This document shows positions 1-12,162 of a DNA stretch of 64,000 bases, piece after piece. The notes below the pieces were generated by a model that saw only the letters and a program-made list of their open reading frames with translations, was not told where the DNA came from and did not search any database. Position numbers and translations under genes: made by a program. The stretch's first letter is position 1, and each line of letters starts with the position of its first letter. The DNA comes from Amoeboaphelidium protococcarum X5 (taxonomy: Eukaryota; Fungi; Aphelidiomycota): assembly GCA_023515725.1 (NCBI GenBank), contig JALDTO010000155.1, positions 62,001 to 126,000 on the forward strand, given 5' to 3'.

Positions 1-202
1 TACATTGGGAGCTGATGATTGGCTGTATGCAAGCGTTTTCTGATGGCTATAATTAGATCCATCCACAATGGCAATCTAGAAGACACTACGTATTTGGCAG
101 TTATTTTCTCCCCCGCTCACTCTTCCACTTGGTGACATTTACAATCTTCACATTCTATAGCTTTACATCTCGCACATTCGTACACATCTCCGTTAATATA
201 TA

Positions 203-3200
203 ATGCTCCTGGTGTACTCTGCTCTCTTATTTCTGTCTGCATTATCTGAGATAACAGCCACTCTTTACAACTATCCTATCTGTGACTCTGTGTCCAGCAT
301 TGATAAGGGACCTGATGGTCAGATATGGCTTGGTTGTATGGATGCTGGTTATTATCAATTGGTTAGATTCTCTCCCACTCAGCGAAAGATTGTTTAATCT
401 ATCGACTTTGGCCCTGGTAATAGTTATCGCGTAAAAGCGATTAATATTGATCACGACACGGGTGACATCTATGCCGTTGCCGAGACATCTTCTGGGTTTA
501 ATGGTTAATCAATGGTTGGTGGCATAGATATTGTGTTGATCAGGTATAACTCTGCTGGCACTGTGTAATGGACGCGTATATTCGGCTCTGTCAAGGATGA
601 TACTGTCAGTGATGTTAAGGCGGACTCTACCAACGGCTTTGTCTACGTTGGTGGAGTAACTAATGGTAAGGTGAACAATCCTTCGTACACCCATTCAACG
701 CTACATCCTGAATGTTATGTATCAAAGTTTAGATCGTCGGATGGTGGCCATGTTTGGACGCAGTAGGTCCACTATCTAAATGGTTGCATTCTTAATGCAC
801 TGTTAGTTGATCCCGCAAAGAGCGCAGATATATTTGCAGTGGGTCAAGTGTTTGGGTAGAAGGGCATGATTGTATCTTTCTATGCTTCCAGCGGCTATTA
901 AAAATATTTCGATCATGTGCATGTGTTTGGTAATTATGCAATGTTCACATCTGCGGTGTTCGACTCTACTGGATCAAAGATTTACGTAGCTGGTGGATTG
1001 GATGGATCTGTGGGTAGTGTTAGTTCATCTGGCGGCAGCGATTGTTGGATTGCTCAGTACTCGAGCTCACATTTGAGTCTCAGCTCGGATGGCTTTGTAT
1101 TTGGATCGTCTGGTGATGATCAGATTGAACATATCGTTATGAATCCACAGACTGGTAGTCTATGGGCGACTGGCTGGATATCTGGCTCTATTGGATCTGG
1201 TACTTACTAAGGACTGAAGGATGGTGTCTTGCTCAACATTAATCCAACCACTCTCGATCTTGTGTCTGCAGAGACATTCAACACTGCTGGATCTAACAAT
1301 GAACAGGGCTTGTCCTTAATATTTGACAGTTATGGCCAGATTAACATTGCTGCAATGTACGGTTCTGCTGGTAAACTGTTGGTACAGGATGCATATGCTT
1401 GGTCTGTAGTACCTTTCCCAACGACTAGTACAACTACTACCACTACGACACCAAGGACTACAACCACCACAACGACCCCAAAGACAACTACTACAACTAC
1501 AACTACAACAACAACAACGACTACTACAACAACAACAACAACGACTACTACTACAACCACCACCACCACTACAACTACAACAACCACTACTCCTAAAACG
1601 ACGATTACTACTACAACCACGACTCCTAAAACTACACCTACGACTACTACCACGTCAACAACTTCGACAACGACTACAACTACCACCAGCACCAGCACAA
1701 CCTCTACTACTAGTACGATGACATCTACTACCACTACAAGTACAACTCCGACTACCACAACGATTACTACTACCTCCACTACCACAACGATTACTACTAC
1801 CTCCACTACCTCAAAAGCACCAACTACTCCATCTACCACTATAGCCACTGCATAAATATCATCATCGTCTAGTACTGCTTCTACTGCCACTACTGCCATA
1901 TCATCTTCTACTGTAACAACATCATCAATAGTATCGCGTACCACCTCGAATGATGGGTAACATGTGACTGGTACGTCTTTATCAAGTGTTGTTTAGTCAA
2001 CTGCTACATCTTCGTCTCAAGCATAGGTAACTGTTCTTCTTACTACTCCTTCAATTCAGTCGATTTAAACACTGTCCTCTCATGTAAGCTTGCCATAGTC
2101 CACTTTTACATCAAGGTGGGAATTTGGTGTAAATAATGTGTCTTAGCTAACTGCATCTGAAAGTACAACAACTCTTGATAAGAATGATAACTCTGCACTG
2201 CCTCAAGATTAACCTTAAGCGTCAACATCTGGTATGGTTCAAATAATAGCCGTCGTAGCAGCAATTGTGGTGATTCTCATTGTGTCTTTATGCCTGGTGA
2301 TTGCAATTAGAAAGCGCAAAGCTAGATAAGCTGTTAATAAGCTTCTTTAAGGAAGTGTTACGTCTACGCAAGCCTCTACCTAGTATTCATTTTCAGCAGC
2401 GGGTCATCAGACTTTTATGCAAACACATAGCCAGACCACCGTAATGGGTACTAGTTATGCTATCTACATTCCAGCATTCTTAAAATTCGATTTTGGAATG
2501 GATTACCAAGTGCTAAATTTAGTGGCTACCGGTGGAACGTCTTAAATCTATTTTGCCAATATTATTAATTCTAAGTTGGCAGAGTAAGTGCAGGGGAGCC
2601 CTGTTATTGCCAAAGTGAGTAATAAAAATATAGGAGAGATGAGTTAGAAGCAGACAGATTCTTTCTATCAGGAGTTGAGTCTATTGTGGAAGTTTCGCGA
2701 CGTTCCGTACATAACTAAACTGTATGGTTACAGTGACCAATTACAGGCTGTCATGCTGATGAAGTACTATCCTTTGGGTGCACTATCAGATTTTGTTGAG
2801 AATCACGGTAGTGCCCCTTTGCAGTTCCGATACTCTAAAAGATAGACATTGTTGTTAATGAAGCTGCTTGCACAAACTATTGCAGTTATTCACAAATCTC
2901 AAATCATTCACTGCGATTTGAAGCCTCAGAATGTATTGCTTGATTCTTGGGATGGTCAGACGTTGGTGCCAGTTCTGTCAGACTTTGGCATCTCTCGTAT
3001 TACAGATAACGCTGCGTCTCTGCAAGTCTAAGCTTTCTAGGTGAGCAAGATGAGAGGATTGTCGCTATTGTATGCTGCACCAGAAGTTATGTCCAACTTC
3101 AGGAATCGCACGCCAGAAGGTAGACCTGAAATGCTGAAGGCTGGCGACATCTACGCGTTCTCCATCATTATGTACAACATGATTACTCGCTATGAGCCTT

Positions 3201-3217
3201 GGAGTCTAATTTACTGA
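203..3217 (+). CDS. Receptor-like Ser/Thr kinase (signal peptide, SBBP-like beta-propeller, Thr-rich mucin stalk, TM, C-terminally truncated kinase), ~1004 aa
   Basis: ORF pieces 203, 917, 1229 and 2849 share one frame and join when TAR=Gln; TGA at 3215-3217. Repeats such as DIVLIRYNSAGTVQWTRIFGS; TM ~2235-2310; kinase motifs ATGGTS, HCDLKPQNVLL, DFG, YAAPE, GDIYAFSII. Confidence 0.85.
1421..1850 (+). repeat. Poly-Thr (ACN)n low-complexity tract encoding the mucin-like stalk
   Basis: Runs of act/aca/acc/acg codons inside the first kinase gene. Confidence 0.9.
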
Positions 3218-3573
3218 ACTAGTTGAAATCCATGATAATGATAGTAATATAATTTTTCATGAATTAGGATTGCCATGTAGCGCATAGCATTTTCCATAAG
3301 CATTATTCTCTTACTTGTTTCAGCAGATGCTGTATGATGGATTCGCGGCTGTTAATCAAGGCAGAGTAATAATACCGTCATTTTCTTGATAGGTATAAAC
3401 TTGACTTATTTCGGTATCCTTCTTGGACCTTACAGTTAACTACGATTATTGATTGGAATGCTGCTATCCATTTAAGACCCTATTTATATCACAATCACGA
3501 TAGAGGACATTATCTCGAATTCTGTCTTCCCTTTAAAAAAATGAGACTATTGATACATCTTAATTGCATTGAA

Positions 3574-6407
3574 ATGGCGCCGAATAGATTATTGTTGTGT
3601 TGGTGTCTGATTATATTAGCGATACTGGAGATCGTCAAAGCAGCTTATTCCGTTTATTCTATCTGTGATACAACAACAAGTATAGCCACAGGTCCAGGTG
3701 GTTACGTATGGGTTGGCTGTATGAATGACAATTACTATCAGCTAGTGAGATTCTCACCCGAAAATAAAGTCATAACGCGCACCATTGAGTTTGGTCCAGG
3801 TCAAGGTAATAAGATTAAAGCGCTGAGTATCGATCAAGACACTGCTCATATATACGCTGTAGCAGAGACATCTTCTGGGTTCAATGGATAAGCCACAATA
3901 GGTAGATTAGATGTTGTGCTGATTAAATATACTCCAGCTGGTGCAATGTTATGGACTCGTATATTTGGTTCTGTGTAAGATGAAATTGTCAATGACGTTA
4001 AAGTTGATCCCATTTTGGGAGTGGTCTACGTGGCTGGCTACACTTTTGGTGATTTGAATGATCTTTCTAAAACATCCAAGAAGTCCTACTCTGAATGCTT
4101 CATGTCCCAGTTTAGTGTCAATGATGGTACCTTGTTGTGGACAAAGCAGATTCCCTTTACCTCCTAGGGCTGTGAACTTAACGTTATAGTAATTGGTTTA
4201 GGTGACAATGTTCATGGTCTTGGGTAAGTGTCTGGAAGTTTAGGCTTCATTGCGACTTTGTAAACTGATTCTGGCTGGGATAAATTTCTTCAGAGTGTAT
4301 TAATGCCTTAAGGAGGTCAAGGCGTATTTAAATCTGCAGTCCGAATAGGTAGTAAAATCTTTGCTGCTGGCTCAATTTAAGGTACGATGGATGGTCAGTC
4401 ATCTTCTGGTGGCACTGATTGCTGGGTGACTTTGTTTTGGGGTATGTAATACTAAAAATATACAATGAGCTTTGTCTATGGCTCATTGTAGAATGACTAG
4501 CTTGAGAGTATCATTGTAGATCCTTAGACTGGCAATCTTATCGCAACTGGCTAAATCTCTGGTCCTGTTGGAGGTGTTATTTATAATGGCGGAAAAGAGG
4601 GGATTCTCCTGTAGATTGATCCTGATACTTTGAATTTGATAACTGCAAGCACTTTTCGGCGTGCAAATACATAGGATGAAGAAGGCCTGGCTATGACGTT
4701 CGACAAATATGGTCAACTTCACATTGCCGCGATGTATGGCACGTAGGGAAGTGTGGTGTGTATGATCAATTTATGTGGGCTACCATCCCTGTTCCCTAGT
4801 CGACAACTACTACAACTACTATAATTTAGACGACTTCCAAGCCGGCTACTACAACTACTATAACAACAGTAACAATGACTACGTCAACGTCCACCACGAC
4901 AAAGATTACAACGACGACGACTACTACTACGATTACTTCATCATCTGCAGCAACTTCTACTGGAGCCACTACTACTTCCTCCACTCTCACTTCAAGTAAA
5001 GTCACGTCTAGTGTCATAAGTATAAATACAACGGCTACGCTTATTTTGGCCCAGAATACAAGCTCTCAATCCTCTGTCTCGTCTTTTTAGTCTAATGCCA
5101 CCACTGTTACTTCTGCCTTCACTTCCCCAATTAACTCTTCTACATGCTGTTAATTATCGTCATCAGATATTGCTTCCGTTACATTGTAGTTTGTTACCTC
5201 GACATCTGCTTTGAATACGTTCATATAGGAAAGTACCTCAGTCACCGCAATGTCGTCAAGCCTTGGTGTCTCTTAATCGCAGCAGATTACTTCTAGTTTA
5301 TGTAAAAAATGTTATGGGTCATTTGCTTTGGCCAGTCAGGCAAAAGGTAGTTCCACTGCAAGTACTGTAGAGCTTGTGGACGATAATTTGTAACCCAATG
5401 AGTAGCCACAAAGTGACACATCTGGTCTCACGTAGCTTGCTGCAATTTTGGCAGCTATTGCAGTCATATTGATCATTTCTATTGGATTATTTATAGTCAT
5501 TAGAAGGAGGTAATTAAGGACAACTTTTGCTCGCAAGGTGCAAGGTTTGTATGCAAAAGGTGATTTAGTTACTACAGCTCTGCCCACAGACTAGGAAGTA
5601 GCATCATCGATACAAACCAATTAGTCAACTACAATTATGTAGACTAATTATGCGCTTTACATTCCCGCTTTCCTCAAGTATGATTACGGCATTGACTATC
5701 AAATCTTGGATCTTATTGCCGTTGGAGGAACGTCAAAGATTTTTACGGCTAATGTCATCAATAGTCAATTATAAGAGGCTGTTCAAGATTATCAGTTGAT
5801 TGCTAAGGAGAGCAAGCAGTTATTTCATTAGATGCCGCAGAATTAATAGTAATCCTTCTACTAAGAATTGAGTCTTTTGTGGAAGTTCCGCGATGTCCCT
5901 TACATAACTAAGTTGTACGGTTATAGTGACACGGTGTAGGCTGTCATGCTAATGAAGTACTATCCGTTGGGTATGTTGTCAGATTTCTTCAAGGGACAAG
6001 GTATCGCGGCTGAGCAATTTGGTTACTCAGACAGTCAAACTGTTACTTTAATGAGGATTCTGGCGTAAACTTTATAGTTCATCCACGACAGTCAAATCGT
6101 TCATTGCGACTTGAAGCCATTAAATGTACTGCTGGATTCTGTGGACGGTGTGTCTTTAGTGCCGATTCTCTCAGACTTTGGAATATCGTACATATCTGAT
6201 TACACTCATCTAAAGGTTGAAGCATTTTAAGTAAGGAATTAGAGAGGGTTGTCGTTAATGTACGCAGCACCGGAGAATTTATACAATTTTAGACGTGGAA
6301 TGAAGGAATCAAGACCATTCCTGTTGAAAGCCGGTGATATGTATGCATTTGCCGTAATAATGTACAATATGATAACGCGTCGTGATCCCTGGAATTCCAA
6401 AAGGTGA
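3574..6407 (+). CDS. Receptor-like kinase paralog with a 1-nt frameshift at ~4751-4760 (pseudogene or assembly error)
   Basis: Colinear with 203..3217 (YYQLVRFSP, VYVAG, IAAMYG, YIPAFLK, QELSLLWKFRDVPYITKLYGYS, HCDLKP, DFG, YAAPE). Frame shifts in GTGTGGTGTG; TGA at 6405-6407. The start could alternatively be ATG 3541. Confidence 0.8.
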
Positions 6408-6830
6408 ATACGTACGTAAAGCGTGTTGCCGTAGTAATATATGAGATATTAATGAATGTTGACTTGTCTTTGAGTTGTTTCACATTGCATATTCTCATTT
6501 TTGTATCACTTTGCATCGCATTACAAGAACTGCTTGTATATGCAATTACCGAACCTCACTCCAAGTATCAGAAAATGGATAATTTTATAAAGCATTGATG
6601 TTTATGATCTACAAACAAAGAGGAGTTCTATCAACTGGTCTAGGATGTATAACTATCGGCAACTGTCGTTGAGAGGGGACAGCTAGATTTTGACAAACAA
6701 GCACAATATTTTCCCACGAATGTTTGTGACCTGCCGTTATAGGCCGTATTTCTGATTCTAGTTTTCTTTTACAAGATTGTCATCTTCATATTATCTCACC
6801 AGCATATAGAAGTATTCACCATAAATCAGA

Positions 6831-8801
6831 ATGCTCAAGCTTAACGGTGTAGCTCTGTTGGTGTTTCAACTCTTGGTCGTCGTTTCCGGCTCCGCAGTTT
6901 CAAAAGATTCTCGCCCCTCAGCTTTGCCTATCAATGCTGGATCTGCATTGGGACAAGATCTAGCCGATGTTGATTCTGGTGATGTGTCTTAACTTGTGTT
7001 CTAGTCCTCTCCTTAGCCTTAAGATTCTGATGATGCTGACATTGGAAACCGCGTTGTAGATGAAATGGACTCTCTCCCTCTTGGTGTCTCTGAAGACTAC
7101 ATTTTAACTGCTGATCCTCAGTTTGTAGAGATGAGTGCTGAAGAAGTCTCTGTTTAGATTGGTAAAGGAATCGTCATTGATACGTCTCTTGGTCTGGTTC
7201 GTGGCAAGATGTAGAGGCCATATGATCGCGTTCGTCAATTCCTTGGCATGCCTTATGCTAAATCTCCGACTGGAGAACTGAGATGGAAAGCCCCTTAGTA
7301 ACATGATGGTTGGGATGGAATCAGGGATGCAACTCGTCTTGGTTCTTAATGTCCGCAGCTGACTTACATGGGACATCAATCTGAAGACTGTCTGCTTGTC
7401 GATGTCTTCACACCCACTAAAGATCGCATGGTTGATGGGAAACTGCTGCCAGTCATGTTTTGGATACATGGTGGAGCCTTTCTATTAGGATCTGGCAACA
7501 TGGTAGGTGTGTAGAATCCAATGTACATGGTTCATCATAAGGATGTTATTGTGGTGTCAATCAACTATCGATTGGGTGCTCTTGGCTTTTTGGTTACGAA
7601 AGAGGTGAAGGGTAACTTTGGATTGTTAGATCAACGATTTGCTATGCAATGGGTGCAGGAGAACATCGCAGCCTTTGGGGGTGACAAGAATAGGGTCACT
7701 CTATGGGGCGAGTCTGCAGGGGCAATGTCTATCAGTCACCACTTGACCATGCCGTAATCATATGGCCTCTTCAGAAGAGTCATCATGTAAAGTCCTGTGT
7801 TTGGAGTCCGCTGTCGACCTCTTGAAGAAGCTGAGTAGATTGGTGACCTGTTTGCTAAACGAGTAGGATGTCGGCCTAATGATATGGATTGTATGCGTAA
7901 GGTGCCGTTGATCAAAATTGCTCATCTAAGGTGGCCTATTCCATTACACAACAAGGAGCGATTTTTGGCAGATCTCTTGTTATGGAATCCCGTTGTCGAC
8001 GGTGAGGAGGTTGTCGACTAGCCTTTAGATTTGATGACTCAAGGCAAAGTTGCATCTGTACCTATTCTTATGGGAATTAATAAACACGAGACTGGCTTTG
8101 TTGCTGCTTTCTTGGATGAAATCTTTGGAACTCTTCTCGGTCGAAAACATCCGCCATTCTATGGATTCATGTATAAATTGCTCATGTAAGGAGTGTTTAG
8201 AGATGCATCAGCTAAAGTATTGCAACTTTATCCTTCTCATGGCAAGCTAGTCGACAGAAATCTGGACATGCTGGTCGATGCTACTTCTGATTACATGGCA
8301 GTATGTCCTGTGACAAAAGTTGCTAAGGCTTTGGCGAGCAAATAATCAATCTACGTGTACTCGTTTGAGTATCATGCGAAATACCTGCCTGTCTGGTTCA
8401 TGAGAAGATGCAAGTCGAAAAGTGTTTGCCATGCCATGGAACTTCCTTACGTGTTCCACAGTTTGCAAAATAACCTGATAGTGCCCAAGTTTACCAAGGA
8501 GGAGCATACAATGTCGCATATACTGATTGATTATTGGACGTCTTTTGCATATGCCCTAAGCGACTCTATCACGGTTGCCTCTCCGGCTTCATATCCTCAT
8601 GATCTTGGCGGAGACATGGGAGAGGCGATTGAGTATCCTGTTTGGCCCAAGTATAGCTAGAGTATGAAGGTGATTGATGGTGTACATAGACAGACTATCC
8701 AATATATGGAATTTTCTGCCAATGCGAATGCCGTGGTTCGAACTACTGAACTACGCGGTAACTATTGCCAGTTGTGGAATCAGTTGAAACACGACTATTG
8801 A
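6831..8801 (+). CDS. Secreted type-B carboxylesterase/lipase (cholinesterase-like alpha/beta hydrolase), ~656 aa
   Basis: Signal peptide; [37 protein letters not shown], nucleophile motif [15 protein letters not shown]; single frame with TAR=Gln. Confidence 0.9.
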
Positions 8802-9809
8802 GAGTACTTGATGATGCTGTTGGTGGTTGATTTTATATGTTTTTTTAGATTGATGACTGGTAGTAGAATAATATAGATATATTTGTATACGGATTAGTTC
8901 TATAATTCATTTTTTAATGCTACTAAATGGCCTCTTTTTGATACTGATCTTTGTCGACATTCCTTACGATATACTATTGAAAGAATGCCACTAGACTCTG
9001 GATGTGGTTATGTCAAAAGAGAGAAAGAAACAAGCATAGAAGAATATATGGAATGAAGTAGTATATATAAAATCAATTCATTCATTATTAAATAGTGCAA
9101 AGGCACTACCCAGACCCGAACTGCTACCAAGGATCCACCTGTCATCTCTGGGCCAGAAGGTTTTACGAACAGTGAATTTAACTGAACGCTCCCCTTACCC
9201 GGCGACAGTCCCACTCACTAGCCTAAAACATTGAGACGGTCAGTGAAGAGTAACAGATTCGAGGTTTCACCATGCAGTCAGCTCGGGCAGATTTGTTGTG
9301 GGCCATGGTACCATTAAGGTCCATTTGGCCAGATTTTTTATGCGCCGTAGATTATCGTGCTAGTAGAGACTTAAGTCTTGCTACTTTAATTAGACACCGT
9401 AAGTTATCTTGCTAATCTAGTTCTTTTTTATATATTTTTTATGCACCTTTAGTAATCGTGCTGTCGTCGTCTTTGTTACAAACTTCTTAGAGTAGCGACT
9501 TTACTCTAAGGTATCATAGAGATCAGATCAGGGAACCGACATACAACGGCAGAGAGCAAGAGGGACATTGTGACATCATTAAGATGTTACAGAGAAACTA
9601 AGACTTGCGACACAACCATAATCAGCAAGGAGAACGAGGTATTATCAGATCATAGAGTCCTATACCTGGAGAACATAGAGCAGACATCTTACGCACTGTG
9701 ATACACATATCACCTGTAATTAAAGAACACTACTAAAAGTGATAACTGAAAGATAAGCGTACCGAGTAAGCACAGCAATTGGACCATTGTTAAAGGATTG
9801 AGCAGCATA

Positions 9810-10991
9810 CAGTCTGTTTCACGAAAATGTCCGGCGAAAAAACAATTAGAAAGCAACAGAAAAAAATCAATATTGTAGCCAAAAATTTATTAATTCAATA
9901 ACCAGTATGCCTTCCATTTCTTTCTAATACTATACTTAGTCGTCTTTTAGCAGAATCCGCTAAAGTTTCGGCCAATTCAAGGGGTAATTCGTTCCAAATC
10001 TCGAAAACTTGCTCAATCAGCTGCTATTTGGATTGCGGCATTCCATATTTTTTTTGCCTTCTCTAATTAATAATTGCCCACAGATTCTCAATAGGATTGA
10101 GATCCGGCGATTAGGGAGGCCACGGAAGGAGTGGCACCTTATTCTACGCCATAAAGTTCATCACAACCTTAGGCTTGTGACAAGGCGCGTTATCCTACAT
10201 AAATGTCATACGGACCCAAAATCAGCTTCCATTACATCCAACTCAGGTAGTAGATGTGTCTAGATGACATCGATGTATTAATCGCCTTTCATGGTTCCAT
10301 CCACCACCACAAGCGGCCCGAATCCAAATTTGGAGAAACAGCCCCAAAAAAAGACCCCAAAACCACCCTATTGGAAATTATGTTTGACGATATCTAGATC
10401 ATCTTTTCGACCATGGCGAGTCCAAAAAATGCAACTCTTTATGCTGTGGCGCTTTCCTAACCATGCTTTCGTCAGACCATATGATGGTGTCGAAGAACCA
10501 ATCATCTTTCTCAGCGTGTTGTTGGGCAAATTCGAGCCGCTTTTTTTGATTAACCGTACTTATGAAGTTTCTAGTAACTGCTTTTAAACTCTACATTCCC
10601 GATTCCTTCATCATTCGCCATACAGTGGAGTAAGATGGAGCAGGGCCAGTGAAGCTTTTTAGAGTCCCCAGATGAGCTGCGACATCCCGAACACTTAGCA
10701 AAGGATTCTCCTCATACAATCTCTTCAATTCACGCGTCATTGGGCCTTGGTTTAATCTTCGACTGATTTTGGGGTTTTCGCCCAATTACGCGTCTGACAC
10801 CTTTCTTCTGTGCCACTTACGCACAGAATCGTCCGATTTTTCTAAAAGTTTTCCAATAGTGACCCAAGATAGTCCTAATTCTACTCCTTTAGAAATTATA
10901 CTTTATTCAAGTTCACTTAACATTATTTTTATGTTTTTCTGACATGAAAATGGTGATTCGCGCGATCCGGACATTTTCGTGAAACAGACTG
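9810..10991 (-). mobile_element. Tc1/mariner (DD34E) DNA transposon, 1182 bp, perfect 25-bp TIRs, TA target-site duplication
   Basis: CAGTCTGTTTCACGAAAATGTCCGG at 9810-9834 and its exact reverse complement at 10967-10991, flanked by TA (9808-9809, 10992-10993). Confidence 0.95.
9895..10923 (-). pseudogene. Tc1-family transposase with two homopolymer frameshifts
   Basis: Minus-strand translation gives IIWSDES, VFFWGCFS, FMQDNAPCH, WPPQSPDLNPIENLW (34 residues between D and E). Shifts in a T-run (~10425) and a G-run (~10215). Confidence 0.9.
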
Positions 10992-12162
10992 TAGATGCAG
11001 TACATCAAGCCAAAGACATAAGCAGATAGAGGCGGGACTGAAACAACAAGCTTACCGCAGACGTAGAGGTGGATGGAAGAGACAGCAGCGATACAGTCAA
11101 GCCAAAGAAAGTGAAGCAACCAGGAGTAGATCCATATAGTAAGCTAGAATTTGTAGCAGTTCAAGACCGGAGCAGTTCAAACAGAGTCATGAAGGTAATG
11201 CAGGACAGTTTCAGAGAGGACTCAGTAGAAGCTTGAGAATACAACAGTAGTAGCGGAGTTGCAATGAGAGAGAAACATACCAGAGAAAAGATAGACCAGT
11301 AGATACCAACTATCAGAGTATGATAATGTTGGATTGTATTATCTAGCAAGAGTTGTTTGAAGGAAGAAGAAGAAGAAGAAGATGAAGTGGTGTGAGAATT
11401 GTAGAGTTGTGAAATCTCATTGTTTACTCAATCGCGGACTTGTGAAACGAGGCCTCCCCTTTGAATAAATTAGGCCTTTGCAGGCAACTCGGTCAGATAT
11501 GGTCCGATTTACATGGTTATTTCATTATGAAGCGTTTCAGATTATGAGCTTTTTGCTGAGATAAAAACTGTTAGGATTCCATAATGAATTTGTTAATATA
11601 AGTGCCAAATTATTGATACATGATCTGAAACCATCGCGTGAGTCGCTGAAACATTGGCTCGCTCAAGCGCGCGCTCGTTTCAGGCAGAACTTGTGAAACT
11701 GTTTCACACGCCATGAAAATCATGTAAGCTACATTGAATTACAGTGGGTACTTTACTCGTCAAATACTACTGCTTCGCTATCGTCAATAACACTTTCAAC
11801 TTGAGCTTTCTATTAATGTTGTGATGGTGAACAAGAGGTTTCTAAATTGGGACCGTCCCCTTGATTTGCTTCATCTTCACTGTTGCCGCAAGAGTGACCA
11901 ATTTCGCGAAATTAAAATTCAACACATGGAAGGATTGCAACTGAATAACTCTAGTTCAGGCCTCAGACTTTGATAGCGTTAATGAAGACGGAATTTCGCA
12001 CTGCTCGACCCTGGCAATAATGAACTTGACAACCGATCCTTTCTATAACATGGAGACGCCATGGAAACTGATTTAGAATGAAGTCGATCATACATAATAT
12101 CATCATTAATGAACCTGTCGCATAACTATCATCAAATACAAAATTGTTTTCAGTAGATAAAT

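Larger units (their letters stand above)
9645..11349 (-). pseudogene. Hydrophobic multi-pass membrane protein gene interrupted by the Tc1 element
   Basis: Removing the element and one TA restores a frame (...FGLMYCIY|AAQSFNNGPIAVLTRYAYLSVITFSSVL...). Hydrophobic ORFs at 11161-11349 and 10994-11160; further frameshifts present. Confidence 0.35.

Noticed and set aside
1330-1944. 204-aa poly-Val ORF on the minus strand
   Set aside because: Antisense shadow of the poly-Thr stalk of the kinase gene.
11690-11710. Short palindrome TGTGAAACTGTTTCACA
   Set aside because: Isolated, with no supporting context.
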